Translations under genes and position numbers: made by a program | Shown: one piece after another, positions 48,430 through 61,704 of the stretch | How the letters are laid out: each line of letters starts with the position of its first letter | How positions within the stretch are numbered: the stretch's first letter is position 1 | From: Octopus sinensis | Lineage: Eukaryota | Reading direction: 5' to 3' | DNA length: 64,000 nucleotides | Assembly: GCF_006345805.1 (NCBI RefSeq) | Contig: NC_043006.1 | Coordinates: 53,878,001 to 53,942,000 of the forward strand | The notes under the pieces: generated by a model | What the model saw: the letters and a program-made list of their open reading frames with translations, nothing else | Database searches by the model: none | What the model was told of the DNA's origin: nothing

Positions 48430-48830
48430 TAACAAAATATATTTTGAGACACAATAACGGAACGAACCTGGTCTGCATACACTTAGCCACTGAAGCTTAA
48501 TTTCTGCAAGATGAAATTCTGTGATACGTATACGGGCATTCATCTGTCTTAGAAAATAAAAATGACAATGTGAAAGTGCTGCGGAACTTGAGCAGACGGA
48601 TAGACAAACAGACCACGGAATAACGTAACGAACTTGGTCTGAATACACCTACCAACTAACGTCTAACTTCATCAAGATAAAGCACTGTGTTACGTAGAGG
48701 AGACTTCAGCAGTCTTAGAAAATGAAAATTGACAATGTGAAAATGCTACGGAACTCGAGCAGACGTGCAGACAGACAGACAGACAGACAGACCAGCGTAC
48801 AGCGCGAAATAAAACTGAGATGTAAAGTGA
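48430..48830. repeat. ~165-bp tandem units with (CAGA)n, Helentron/HINE-like organisation
   Basis: GACAATGTGAAA.TGCT.CGGAACT.GAGCAGACG at ~48563 and ~48730; AACGAAC.TGGTCTG.ATACAC at ~48462 and ~48627. Family call is inference. Confidence 0.5.
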
Positions 48831-49214
48831 CAGTAACGTTTTAATTACTGACATAGCAATACTAAATTACTATAACGATAGGTAGATGTATGCAGAAAAA
48901 AGCTAATGAATTGCACAGACTTAGCTGTTGAACTAAAAATATAATGGCAGTTAAGGAATGTGTCTATCACTTCATTTATAATTGGCACAACTGGAATGGC
49001 ACACAATCTTATATTCTAAGGATAGACTTAGGCACGTTCCAGAAATAACATTACAAGGACCTGCAAACATTATTAGGATATGATCACACTAGCGTTCGTT
49101 AACCTTGAATATTTTCGCTCACTATGAATATCCTTGCTAACCTTCAACGCTTCAATGTATATTCTTCATGACGTAGCAAATTTCAAAAAGGGAAACACTT
49201 GATGCATTTCTCAA

Positions 49215-49270
49215 ACCAGTAGTGGTGGTGGTGGTGGTGGTGGTGGTAGTTGTGGTGGAGGTGGTGGTGA

Positions 49271-49306
<36 letters not shown>

Positions 49307-49405
49307 AGTAGTGGTGGTGGTGGTGGTGGTGGTGATAGTGGTGGTAGTGGTGGTGGTGATAGTGGTGGTGATGGTGGTGGTAGTAGTGGTGGTGGTAGCA
49401 GCAGC
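49215..49405. repeat. (GGT)n/(AGT)n triplet microsatellite
   Basis: Direct reading; source of poly-H/T/P ORFs. Confidence 0.95.
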
Positions 49406-49580
49406 AATTTAGCACCAAATTTAGCACAAGGGCAACTATTTCAGGGAGGGGAGTAAGTCGATTACTTTCGACCCCAGTGTTCAACTGGTACTTATTTTAT
49501 CGATCCCGGAAGGATGAAACACAAGGTCGACTAGAGCAAAATTTCACCTCAGAAGGTAAAGGGCCGAAACTAAATATTTA

Positions 49581-50020
49581 ATTGCAATGTTATTATCAAT
49601 CCGAATATGCTTGGTGCACGTTCGAACTTGAGAACAAGCTACTCACTGTGTTTTGTCACGAAGAATACATCTTGGTTGTTGGCAAATGGTGTGTATATAC
49701 CTAGATCAACTCGCAGCGCCATCCATCTAGACTGTGAGATACTAGCATTTCGGGGTAGTTATCTCCTCACCAGTTACAGACACTAAACAGACGACGCTAC
49801 GGGCTGAATTATGGTTAATGTCTGCGGCCGATGAAGAGATAATTACTTCGAAATGCTAGCATTTCACAGTTTAGGTAGATGGCGTTGTGAGCTGATCTAG
49901 ACGTATACACACCATTTGTCAACAAGCGAGATATATTCTTCGTGCCAAAACGCAGTGAGTAGCTTGTTCTCCAGTTCGAACGTGTATCAGGTATATTCGG
50001 ATTGATAATAACATTGCAAT
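49581..50020. repeat. Long foldback element: ~205-bp inverted arms, 28-bp loop
   Basis: ATTGCAATGTTATTATCAATCCGAATAT...CAGACACTAA (49581-49786) vs reverse complement 49815-50020; colinear, differences mostly transitions. Confidence 0.9.
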
Positions 50021-50459
50021 TTCACTTATCACTGCTTAGCACTCCCTCTTCGTAATAAATATTTAACGATTCTTTTCGTTCGACTCTTTAATGACTCTAT
50101 CAATCCATCACCCTCATAATATCAATATAATTATAACCGATATTACAAACGTTGGTTGATTGGTTGGTTCGTTGGTTCGTTGGTTGGTTCGTTTGTTGAT
50201 TAGTTTGTTGGTTGGTTTCTCCAGCTTCGCTTTACTTCGTATAGAGACAGGGAGAGAGAGGAGGAGAGAGAAAGAGTAAAGGTGAGACTCAGACAGAGTT
50301 AACGTAAGTGGGACAGGAAGTGTGTTCAGAGGAAAGCAATGAGTAAAAATGCTACCTATACACAGTAAGAGTGAAAAGAAAATCACAGAGACAGAGGAGA
50401 CAAAGGGGGGAGGGGGAGAAGAAAGAGGAGAGCATAAAAACCAATAAAATAATTCTGGA

Positions 50460-50934
50460 AAAGTGCCATAAGTGACACAAAAATCTTCGCATTACATGGA
50501 TTGATTTTTTTAAAGAAGGCGCTTGATAGCATTCCCTATAGCTGGAGTGAGAAATGCTTAGAAATCTATAAAATCTCTCTGGCTGTTGATAATTTTCTAT
50601 TTGAATGGCAACTCTAACACTGAATATAGAGGTAGGTACTGTAAAATGTCGGTGACATTTATATAAACTGTAGCACTTTTCAAGGTGATTCTCAATCACC
50701 AGTTTTCTCTTGCGCAGTTCTCATTCCCTTAAGTAAGCTATCGGTTGATACAAGACATGGGTACAGAATTTACGACAGATCTAAAGCTTTCGTGAAACAT
50801 GATCAGCAATCGAAAACGCTTGTAACTATAGTAAAACAAGTCTATGACGATAGTGAAGCAGAGTTTGGCCTTGATATATGTAATAAAGCTTCGTTTATTA
50901 ATGTAAAACTCTTGATAACCTATAACACACAACT
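50460..50934 (+). mobile_element. R4/Dong-type non-LTR reverse transcriptase remnant
   Basis: KKALDSIPYSWSEKCLEIYKIS; FQGDSQSP...LIPLSKL; DLKAFVKHDQQ...EFGLDICNKA; stops present, YxDD deleted. Confidence 0.75.
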
Positions 50935-51034
50935 NNNNNNNNNNNNNNNNNNNNNNNNNNNNNNNNNNNNNNNNNNNNNNNNNNNNNNNNNNNNNNNNNN
51001 NNNNNNNNNNNNNNNNNNNNNNNNNNNNNNNNNN
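50935..51034. other. Assembly gap (100 N)
   Basis: Run of N. Confidence 1.
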
Positions 51035-52370
51035 GACAGCAGCACTGATGTATGCAACCTCATTTGGTTGTACATCCTCGATACTAAAGAAGAAATTCCC
51101 CTCTGTCCACTCTGGTTTTTACAGAGATGATGTCCTTACAATCTCTAGAGAAGCTAACGGGCACACCCTAGATACGCTTAGGAAAGATCTGATTATCATC
51201 CTTAGCTCTAGAGGACTGAAAATTACAATCGGGACCAACTTCACTACCGAGGACTTCTTAGACGTTACGCCCGACTTAGGCCCTAGAACATACAGACCCG
51301 ATTGCAAGCCAAACGAGAGGCTGGCATATATCAACACAGCCTCCCGGTGAAAGGTGTCAGCAAGAGGATCTCGAATCTTTCTTCTAGCCAAAAGATTTTT
51401 GACGCGGCAGCGCCCTACTATAACGAGGCTCGAGCTGCTAGCGGGTTTAAGATCTCCTACATCCCGGGCCCTAACACTCACAGAAATATCGGGTTGTTTG
51501 CGCCCACCCACCCACCTTCTCCGTAAAGTAGGTAGGATATTCCTTAGATTAGTAGATAAACACTTTACACAATCACACACGTACGAACACATATTCATCA
51601 GACACAAGATTTTCTTTTAGCTGTTCCCCAATATTAAGAACATTTTAGTTAACACCCCTAGACCACAAGTGGAGGCGGAATACTCATACAGGAACTACAG
51701 CAAATGCCCAGTAGGAGGCCAATGGGAAACCAAGGGGATCGTTTACGAGGCTGAGGTGGTATCTGACCCTAAAAGCAGCATTGGTTTCCCCAACTACTTC
51801 TACAGAAGTATTATTAACGACAACGGCAGCAATTCTAAAGGAAATAGCAGCAGCACCATCACTAATGATAATGCTAATAATGATAACGATAATAACATCG
51901 ACAACAACAGTCATCACCAATATAACGCCGATAACGGCTCCAACAGCAAAGACGATGGCTATAGCAGAACCAACAGTGCTAACACCAACACCGCCACTGG
52001 TGATGTCCCCTACGCCAGTACTAACGACGCCAATACCAGCAACAGCTCCAGCGGAAGTAGCAGCGTCAACCACACCAGAAGCAGCATCGCCAGCAGCAGT
52101 GTTCGAAGATATATCGGATGTTCCGGAAACCCCTTCAAGCAGCACCTCTACAACCACAAATCCTCGTTCAGGATCCCGGACTTGAAGGATGGGACTTGAA
52201 GGATGAAGGGACTCCACACGTAATCTCATGGAAGATTCTAGAAGAACTGCCTCCCCCACTACATCAACGGGAGCAAGCGTTGCAAGCTGTGCGTAGCTGA
52301 ACGGGTAAGAATATCTCGATTTGAGAAACATCTTCAATTCCAGGACGTAAGTCTTCGGACCCTGGTTACA
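51035..52370 (+). mobile_element. Penelope-like retroelement: RT C-terminus plus GIY-YIG endonuclease, frameshifted
   Basis: GFYRDD; DFLDVT.DL...YRP..KPN; SKRISNLSSSQKIFDAAAPYY; GRIFLRLVDKHF; CP.GG...GIVY...YIG..NPFKQ.LYNHKSSFR; ISWKIL; KRCKLC. Confidence 0.85.
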
Positions 52371-52429
52371 CTTGAGGAGATTCCTATTGAAGTCCTTGGA
52401 CCCACAAGCCGACCGCATCGATTACGCAA

Positions 52430-53110
52430 AGCGGTCTCAGGAAGACAATCTTAGGGCCACATTAGAGCATACTGCCCTCTACAGAGGACAATGGCCGAGG
52501 AAAAAGTTGTGGAGACAGAAGAGAAAAGAGAGGAAGAAAAGACAGACGGAGGGAAGGAGGAAGAATGGAAAGTTACAGAGAGCGGAAAGAGAAAGAGAAA
52601 AAATGGAAAAACACTGAGTATGATGTGGTACCCCAGTCCAACTCCATCCCACCCAAGACCACTCAGACCCACCCTCCCCATACAGCCACCAATCCAACCA
52701 ACCTCATTTCCCCCACAAGAAAAAAAAGAAAAGGTGAGAACAGACACCACAAAATTTAGAAGACCACCCCCTCTCGGTGAAAAAGGTTACGAATGCATGG
52801 CGGAGAGAATGATGTCACTAAGTGATGGAGAAAGGTGAAAAAGGATTGGACTGAAGGAAAAAAAGGACTTAGGAGCCAGAGGCGGCTAGTGGTGTTACTC
52901 AGTGTGGGATGAATAGCACACTCTTCATATCATTTTCAGATATCATTCATGTTATCATATTTTAATTTGTTGTTCATGTTCATTTTCATGTGTCATTCAT
53001 TATATCATATTTTATTTTTATATTTTTAATTGTTATATGTCCCCCACATGTGTTATAGTGTCCCCCGCTGTGTAATGCCTTTATGGCAATTTAAAAGAAA
53101 TAAAGACGCT
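52430..53110 (+). mobile_element. Probable deleted retroelement (charged ORF1-like piece plus 3'UTR)
   Basis: EEEWKVTESGKRKRK/Pro-rich ORF 52491-52838, then a U-rich tract ending TGTAATGCCTTTATGGC...AATAAA, similar to the Tx1 tail near 58615. Confidence 0.3.
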
Positions 53111-53470
53111 TACTTCCCAACCAACATCGTTCCAGGTTTACTCCCACAGCGTAGCAGCTTGAGCAAGTGTCTTATACTATAGCTTCAGGCCAACCAAAGA
53201 CTTAAGATTGGATTTGGTAGACTGAAGTTGAAAGAAGCCCGTCGTATTTATGTATATTTGAGTACATCTATGTGTATGTGTCTGTGTGTCTGTGTCTGTC
53301 CCACAACACCGATTGACAACCGCTGTTAGTGTGTTCGCGTTCTCATAAAATAGCGGTTCGGCAAAAGGAACAGATAGAATAAGCATTAGGCTTTAAAAAC
53401 AATAAGTCCTGTAGTCGATTCATTCGACTAAAAACTTTTTAAAGGCGGTGCCCCAGCATGGCCACAGAGA
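53110..53470 (+). mobile_element. SINE-A, diverged
   Basis: GAGCAAGTGTCTT...GGATTTGGTAGA...GCCCCAGCATGGCCACAG. Confidence 0.8.
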
Positions 53471-53618
53471 TAAAAGATCTTTACACCTGTCCGTCTGGCT
53501 CTTTCTCTCTCCCTCTCTCTCTTTCACTATATATTATATATGTATATATATATATATATAATATATATATATATAATATAATATAATATTATATTTATAT
53601 ATATATATATATATATAT

Positions 53619-53669
<51 letters not shown>

Positions 53670-53672
<3 letters not shown>

Positions 53673-54085
53673 CTTGTTCCAGTCATTAGACTGCGGCACC
53701 AACTTGAAGAGTTTTTAGTCGAAAGAATCAACCCAAGTACATTTTTTAAGCCTCATATTTTTTCTCTCGGTCTGCGTTGCTGAACAGCAAAGTTACGTGG
53801 ACGTAAACAAACCAACACCGGCAGCCAAGCGGGGGGTGGGGAACAAACGCAGACATAAAAACACACATGCACGTGCACACACGCATGTATGTACACACGT
53901 GAGCACACATACGCACACATAATATATACGACGGGCCTCTCTCAGTTTTCAAATCCAATCACAAGGCTTCGGTCGGCCTGGAAGATATAGCTGAATATAA
54001 ATGCCCCAGCTGCTCAACAGTGGGACTGAACCTGGAACCATATGGCTGGGAAACAAACTTCTTTTTGCCACATAACCACGCCTAT
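53670..54085 (-). mobile_element. SINE-A, diverged
   Basis: TACTTGTTCCAGTCATTAGACTGCGG...GGGACTGAACC...CACATAACCACGCC. Confidence 0.75.
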
Positions 54086-54875
54086 ATAGCTTCAAATCAA
54101 CTTTAATCAGGCGGATTAAGATTAAAGACATTCCAGTCGTAACCAACTCATTTTTTTCTTTCTAGAGCATTAACCCATACGTTCTTTTTCTTTCCTTTTA
54201 TTATGAGTATGGTATTAAAGATTTGGCTGCTATATCTGACGGGGCAAACAACGACGTAGGGCCCGTCTCGTTGACCTGTGTGAGTGCGTGCCTCTGTGTG
54301 TGTGGGATATGTGTGTGTGTGTGTGCGCGCGCGCGCGTAAACGGGAGAGGGAGTAGGGGGAAGAAATTCCAAGAAGGCATGTTTCAGAGAAGTCATCGGA
54401 ACTGAGTGATGAGTCAGTGAGATGTGTGGTTAGTGAAGTGAGGCCCCACGTTACCACCTGACATCCATCCGTACATGTAAGTAATACTTCCTGTAAATAT
54501 GTCCATTTCCGGCGACCAACAATCAAATATTATAAGTCATAAATCCCCACAGTGTAGGGTGAATGGGAGATGTGTCAGTTATTAGTCACGACTCGTTTTC
54601 CACCGGTTTTCTACACACCACCACTACTATCGTCATGATCATCATCATTGTCATCATTGTCATCATTGTCATCATCGTCGTCGTTATCATCATCATCATC
54701 ACCATCATCACAACACTCCATTTATCTACACCTTAATCACCACCATCACCATCACCATCACCGCCATAACCATATAACCGTAATTAACAACCATTTGCTT
54801 TAAATAAATGTATGTATTAGATGTACGGCAACGATTAAGCATCTACAGATTAGACACCTACTTACATACACAAAT

Positions 54876-54914
<39 letters not shown>

Positions 54915-54915
54915 A

Positions 54916-54964
<49 letters not shown>

Positions 54965-55061
54965 TCATAAACACGCTCGCAAACAGGCATATACTCACGT
55001 ACGTACCAATAAATGAGCATATATATATATGTGCGTGCACGTATGAGTGAATACGCACGCG

Positions 55062-55099
<38 letters not shown>

Positions 55100-55289
55100 C
55101 GTTTAGTAAGTATCAGTAAAGCATCATAATTCCGTCCCCACCAAACACCCGCCTCACTTCCGGGAGTCTGGTCTCAACCAAAGCCTCCAGTGTTCTAATT
55201 TCAAGATACCAGAGAAACTGTCATCAGTTGTGTGATCTTCAGGGATTTACTAATGCCATAAAATTTTTTGGGTATTTTTAAAAAATGTG

Positions 55290-55302
55290 ATGCTACTGCT
55301 AC

Positions 55303-55343
<41 letters not shown>

Positions 55344-55520
55344 ATGATGACGACGGCGGCGGCGGCGGCGACGGCGGTGGTGGTGTTGATGGCGACGACG
55401 AGTCAGACAAGAAGAGGAAGAGGAAGAGAAGAAAGAAGAAGAAAGAAGAGAAGAAGAAGAAGAGAAGAAGAAGAAGAAGAAGAAGAAGAAGAAGAAGAAG
55501 AAGAAGAGAAAAAATGATGA

Positions 55521-55551
<31 letters not shown>

Positions 55552-55912
55552 AAGAAGGAGAGAAGAAGAAGAAGAAGAAGATGATGATGCTGAAGAGAAG
55601 AAGAAGAATGATGATGATGATGATGATGATGATAATGATGAATGAACAAGAAGAAGAAGAAGAAGAAGAAGAAGAAAAGAAGAAGAAGAAGAAAAAGATG
55701 ATGATAATGAAGAAGAAGAAGAAGAAGAAGAAGAAGAAGAAGAAGAAGAAGAAGAAGAAGAAGAAGAAGAAGAAGAAGAAGATGATGATGCTGAAGAAGA
55801 AGAAGAAGAAGGTGGTGGTGGTGGTGGTGGTGGTGATGATGATGATGATGATGATGATAATGATGATGATGAACAAGAAGAAGAAGAAGAAGAAGAAGAA
55901 GAAGAAGAAGAT
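55290..55912. repeat. ~620-bp compound triplet tract (GCT/GAT/GGC/GAA/GGT)
   Basis: Direct reading; source of homopolymer ORFs in all six frames. Confidence 0.95.
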
Positions 55913-55929
55913 TTAATGCGCTGAAAATT

Positions 55930-56065
55930 GTACCGGCACAATGGAATGCCAATGGAAAAAAGATTGTAAAATAACAAAGCAACCATACTTTGGGATATAC
56001 ATAAATAGAGAGACCAAGACTAATCGGCCAGATATGATCGTCAAGGACCACCAAGGAAAAAAGAT
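55930..56065 (+). mobile_element. R4/Dong restriction-like endonuclease fragment
   Basis: NNKATILWDIH /frameshift/ RETKTNRPDMIVKDHQGKK matches the ILWD...NRPDIV REL motif. Confidence 0.65.
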
Positions 56066-58635
56066 TCCTTCTTAGCGTTTCAGAACTAAGGTACGTTTAC
56101 TAAGCGAGGAGAGAACGAAAGCCACCATTCGGTCTTCGGTGGACCAGAACTGGTGTTCGAGCCGAAACAGATGTGTACGGTTTTTCAGCGGCACTTTGCT
56201 CAGCTGTTCGGGACGAATGGTAGGACGGATAACAGAGCAGACTGCGGTGTCTACCTGGACGGCCTGCCTCGACACTCGACGAGGCGGAGTGCTGTGAAAG
56301 GCCGATAACAGCCACCGAAATACAGGAAGCGATGAAGAGTTGTACGAGAGGTAGATCGCCGGGTTTGGATGGTCTGCCCTATGAGCTTTATATTTCGATA
56401 CCAGACTTGTTTGCGGGCCTCTTAGCAAATGTCTTCTGCAACTGGCAGCAAAACGGGAGAATTTCCACTTTGTGTGTCGAGAGGTAGTGGCATTGTTAAG
56501 AAAGGACCCAAACAAGGGGGACGTTATAGAGAATTTCAGGCCTATCACTCTGCTCAATGCAGATTTGAAGATTTTGGCCAAGGTGTTACCGTAGAGGTCG
56601 GCGCATGTCATGGTCAAGCTGGTTGGTGAGGTGCAAACTTGCGCCATCTCAACCAGGCGTGTTCACGATAACCTCCATCTTATGCGCTACATCATAAAGA
56701 GGGTGAGTAACGAAGTTGACATGGGTAGGACTCTGATCAATTTAGATCATTCTAAAGCTTTTGATAGGATCGACCATCAATACTTTGCGTCTGTCCTCAG
56801 GGCAGCCGGTTTCAGCCCAGTTTTCTGCAGTTGGATCGCTGCTTTATACAGCGGCATCTGCTCAGTTGTTCGGGTTAATGGTCACCTGTCGGAGCCATTC
56901 AGCATCTTGCATTCAGTCCGTCAAGGGTGCCCTCTCTCCTCCCTTCTCTATGTACTGACTCTTGAGCCATTACTGCGAAAGTTGGAGGGTTTGAGAGATG
57001 TCCCACGTGATCTAGAATGTGGGAGAAGTGTGTCTGCTTACGCTGATGATGTCACCGACATAGTGTCGAACCACAGGCATATAGACCTGATTGGCGAAAC
57101 ACTACAGGTATATGAAGCGGTGACAGGAGGTAAAATTAACGCAGAAAAGTCAGTGGGCTTGCAACTCGGCATCTGGAGAGGCAAGCCCATGCCGTCCAAT
57201 AGCGTGGCGGGGCACTCGACAGACGGTCCCGTTAAGTTGCTCGGACTTTGGTTTGGTCCGGATTTCCAGGTGGAAAAGAACTGAGACGAGGTGACGAGCA
57301 GGGTGGTCAATCTCACCCAGAAATGGACCAAAAGAAAGCTGTTCCTGAAAGGTCGAGCGGAGGTGGCGAATGCGTGCATCGCATCCGTCATCTATTACCG
57401 ATTGATTGTTGCCCCTTGCCCTGTTTGCTGGTTGACCAAGCTAGTGTGCTTACTCTTCCGCTTTCTGTGGAAGGGATGCGTTCCACTGGTCAGGCGCTCC
57501 ATCTGTTATCAACAGCCGCTGAATGGGGGCGGGCTGGGTATGCCGTGGTTACTGATGCGCAGACATGCGCTGAGGTTGCAGCATCTCCAGCGCTTCCTTG
57601 ATGCTGAGTAGGTGTGATCACCGTTTGTAAGACACGCTTTTCCACAGTTCGTCACTTTGACTGAGTTGCAATCCTGGATTGGAGGTAGACCGAGGTGGGG
57701 CGCCTGGCACCTCGAATGACGTCAAGCACTCACAGCCCTCCACCAGGCGGGCAATGCGGTCGGTGGTTTTTCTACCCTAGCGTTCTATAGAGGGCTAGAG
57801 GAGGGAAAGTGCGACGACGTTCTCGGGGAAATTCTGGACGTCGATGAAGATCAACTAACCCCGTCTGTTTCGGAGAACTTTCGGGCTTGGGCCTATGGAC
57901 AACTTCCACAAATCCCTTGCCTGGCAGTGCTACCGAGGGGCGCTGTCTGTTCGAGATCAACTTTACAAGCACGGAAGTGCCGTCAGCCGGGCCTGCTCGA
58001 GGTGCGCTTAGAACGATGAAACTGTTCTGCATGCCTAGTCCAGTGCCCGAGTATTGCTGACCTGTGGGTTTATGTCGAACACCTACTGTCGCGGGCAGGT
58101 CGAATCTGGCTATCAGCTAAATCCATTGTGAAATTTGGCCCGCCGCCCTCTTTTGGCCGGGTAGGGAGAGCAATTTTTATTTGTCTAGTGGCTGTAGCGA
58201 AAGAGGTAGTATGGTGGACTCGTTTGAAAGGGCTAAAGACAAGCACTTTCCTCTTTGGCCAAGCCCTCGATAACTTTTACAAGTTTCACTTGAAAAGGAA
58301 ATTGAGGGTGGAGAGGGAGGTGTTGCCTTGTAGCAAGTTTGTTGAAAGATGCGAGAATGTTGAAAGAATGGCCAGTATGAAAGGACCAATTCTGACAGTG
58401 CACCTGTAAACAAAAGGAGAAGGGCTCTTGCTCTGCTGTTCAGGCACCCGTGACTTTTGTGTGTTTTTTCACGAGGTCCTTGATGCGCCTCCCCTATTGG
58501 GAGTTTTAAATTGTTTAGTTTTTAATCGTTATATATAGTTTAGACGTTGTAAAATCCATTGTATCGTCCTGTTTTTGTCTTTTATGTTCTTGTATGTCTC
58601 TTAATGTAATTTTATGTAAGCCTTTATTATTATTT
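56066..58635 (+). mobile_element. 5'-truncated Tx1/L1-clade LINE (RT plus C-terminal Cys/His motif, 3'UTR), inactivated
   Basis: LDHSKAFDRIDH; SVRQGCPLSSLLY; SAYADDV; GGKINAEKS; GGLGMP; CSRC...ETVLH; multiple stops and frameshifts; U-rich tail after 58409. Confidence 0.9.
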
Positions 58636-58922
58636 TGCGCGTAAGCAAGACCAACAAAATTTTAAATATCCATAGGGAGGAGACATTCGAGGGCTGTTCA
58701 TGCAAAAAAAAAAAAACCCATAAAAAACCACGGGTAACCTGACTTTTGGGGCAGGTGCTTTTTTTTTAAATAAAAACAACAGCAACGACAACGACAATGT
58801 TTAAGTTCTCTTATTTACAAGAGAGACGACTGTGAGGACATGGAGAAGTTGCAAAAAATTATAAACTTCCACAGACCTTAAGACACAATGTGCACCTAAT
58901 GCAGTCAATATACCTTTTACAG

Positions 58923-59528
58923 ACGGTGAGCTGGCAGAAACGTTAGCACGCCGGGCGAAATGCTTAGCGGTATTTCGTCTGCCGCTATGTTCTGAGTTCG
59001 AATTCCGCCTAGGTCGACTTTGCCTTTTATCCTTTCGAGGTCGATTAAATAAGTACCAGTTACGCACTGGGGTCGATGTAATCGACTTAATACCTATGTC
59101 TGTCCTTGTTTGTTCCCTCTGTGTTTAGCCCTTTGTGGGTAATAAAGAAATAGGTATTTCGTCTGCCGCTACGTTCTGAGTTCAAATTCCGCCTAGGTCG
59201 ACTTTGCCTTTTATCCTTTCGAGGTCGATTAAATAAGTACCAGTTACACACTGGGGTCGATATAATCGGCTTAATCCGTTTGTCTGTCCTTATTTGTCCC
59301 CTCTGTGTGTAGCCCCTTGTGGGCAGTAAAGAAATAAGAAACGTTAGCAGAAATGCTTAGCGGTATTTCGTCTGTCTTTACATTCTCACTTCAAATTCCA
59401 CCGAGGTCGACCTTGCCTTTCATCCTTTCGGGATTGATAAATTAAGTACCAGTTGCGTACTGAGGTCGATCTAATCGACTGGCCCCCTCCTCCAAAATTT
59501 CCAGGCTGTGCCAAGAGTAGAAAAGAAT
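58923..59528 (+). mobile_element. SINE-B trimer
   Basis: Same three-unit layout as 8055-8650. Confidence 0.85.
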
Positions 59529-59883
59529 TTTGCCCTCCCTCTCTCTCTCTCCTCTTCCGCTTCCGCCTATATTTCGCCTCCTCTCTCTCCCTTTCTCTCT
59601 CTTCCCCTACCTCTCTCCCTTTTGTTTTCTTTTTATTGTATATGCTTTGATTCAGTGTTTTCAGAGCGTTTCAATTTTTTGTTAAAATTGTTTAACGCAG
59701 TTAAGACAAATCACTTGTTCACCGTATGATGGCCGACGTCACTATGGTTCGGAAGCAGAGCAGCATACACAGCATACACGTCCTCACGCGCGCACACACA
59801 CACACACACATATGTACAAAAATATATACGTACACATGCATTCGTACATGCTTGCACACATACACGCTACATATATAAATATT

Positions 59884-59921
<38 letters not shown>

Positions 59922-60013
59922 TGCGCGCGTATGTATGTACCTATGTACATACCTGTAACTGTCTATATCTCTCCATATCTATCTATCTATCTATCTATCT
60001 ATCTAACTATCTA

Positions 60014-60049
<36 letters not shown>

Positions 60050-60179
60050 AATATACACATACATACATACATACATATATACATACATACATACATACAT
60101 ACATACATACATACATACATACATACATACATACACATATGTATATATATGTATGAATGTATGTATATATGTATGCATG

Positions 60180-60219
<40 letters not shown>

Positions 60220-61067
60220 TGCACATATGTACACATACTCGCAAATACACATATGCGCACGAGCACACAACAGACACACAGAACCCAACACTCACATACA
60301 CATATTGTAATGAAAGCCCGACTGTGTTGTAGTTTTGTCTTTCTTACCATATTTACTCGTTCATATTTCCTGGAGTTCTTTGTTTGGAACAGTAAATTCT
60401 AACCATTAACATTTCGAGACCTTCACGGTCCCATCTTCTGAATGGAGTGGTTGAGGTTGCTTTGAATTACTATTATTGCATAATAGCTAGAGGCTATGAG
60501 AACATGCTTCATTCATTGGTGAGGTAAGCATCAATGTTTGACCGTTGGTCGTTAATCTCAACAGTCGGTGAAGATGGAAGGGTTGTTTTTGTCTTTGTTT
60601 TTGCTTTTTTGCGACTTGCATACAATTTCCGTACACTGTAGCACTGTACTTTGAAATGAATATCGGTAGTGTAATTAATCGTCAAGAACTGAGTGTGCGA
60701 AATTTTGTATAGTATGAATGTATTGCTTATTAATATATCTCTATTAAAGTTATATTTTCTATCGTGTGATGCATTATATTGCATTTGCTTGTTGTAAATG
60801 CACGGTCAGCCCACGGAAAAGTATGCTACTTAATGGCCAATGCAACAGTTATGTCGTGAAGTTTGCAATCATTTTAATACCAGTGTGATTTACAAATATT
60901 TTTGCGAGCAACAAAGTAGTAAACTTACAAAAAGGCAGCTGCAATGCACTGTAACAAGTGCATCGAAAACATTATAAGCAACACAACGAACTTCTATAGA
61001 AATCACAATCATCACACAACACAACATTAAAATCAACAAAATGTCTACTAACAGCAACAACAGCATC

Positions 61068-61133
<66 letters not shown>

Positions 61134-61135
<2 letters not shown>

Positions 61136-61693
61136 GCCCTGATGCAGTACCAGGCAGTGGCTCACATGGCTTCTGATCTTAATTGATTGGAAGTGTCATC
61201 ATTTACATTGTTTTGTCTTGGTATAAAAGATGGGCTACAGCAAATATCCTGCTCAGTACCACAGATTTGCTTGTCAGTTGTTTGACCTTAACCAGTTGAG
61301 CATGTCCCTTAGTGGCTGACGATATGTGCATCTCTGATCACGAGCAGAAGTAGTGGGAGAGCATCATAGCCATGTGTTGAGAGGGATTCTTTGGAGTTTG
61401 AATAATTCACCTCTGGAAACATGGGTGTTTCGTTCAACATCCTTAAACAACCCTTATTCAGGGACCTTTTGGACGGGATGGGTTACTCGACCAGAAGAAA
61501 ATTCTAACTAGGCCCCACCTGCAAGATCATGTGCTGTTTATCTTGATATGAGATCACCATGTCGCGCACATATGGTTGTAATACATGTGCCTAGTGTACT
61601 CTTATCATACGGGTAGTCATGATGGGTATACTGGGCTTCGTATATTTTACCCCAGTGTCACTTTGATGGCATGCACTGCTCTCTCACTCAATA
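61134..61693. mobile_element. Interspersed element embedded in (AAT)n
   Basis: 560-bp complex sequence bounded by (AAT)n on the left and AATAAT on the right; insertion into TAA repeats is typical of R4/Dong elements (inference). Confidence 0.45.
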
Positions 61694-61704
61694 ATAATAT
61701 TCCT

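Noticed and set aside
51684-52418. 244-aa minus-strand ORF
   Set aside because: Antisense shadow of the triplet-rich Penelope endonuclease region.
60419-60530. Possible isolated exon ending in GAG|GTAAGC with one open frame
   Set aside because: Weak acceptor, no recognisable protein similarity and no partner exons.
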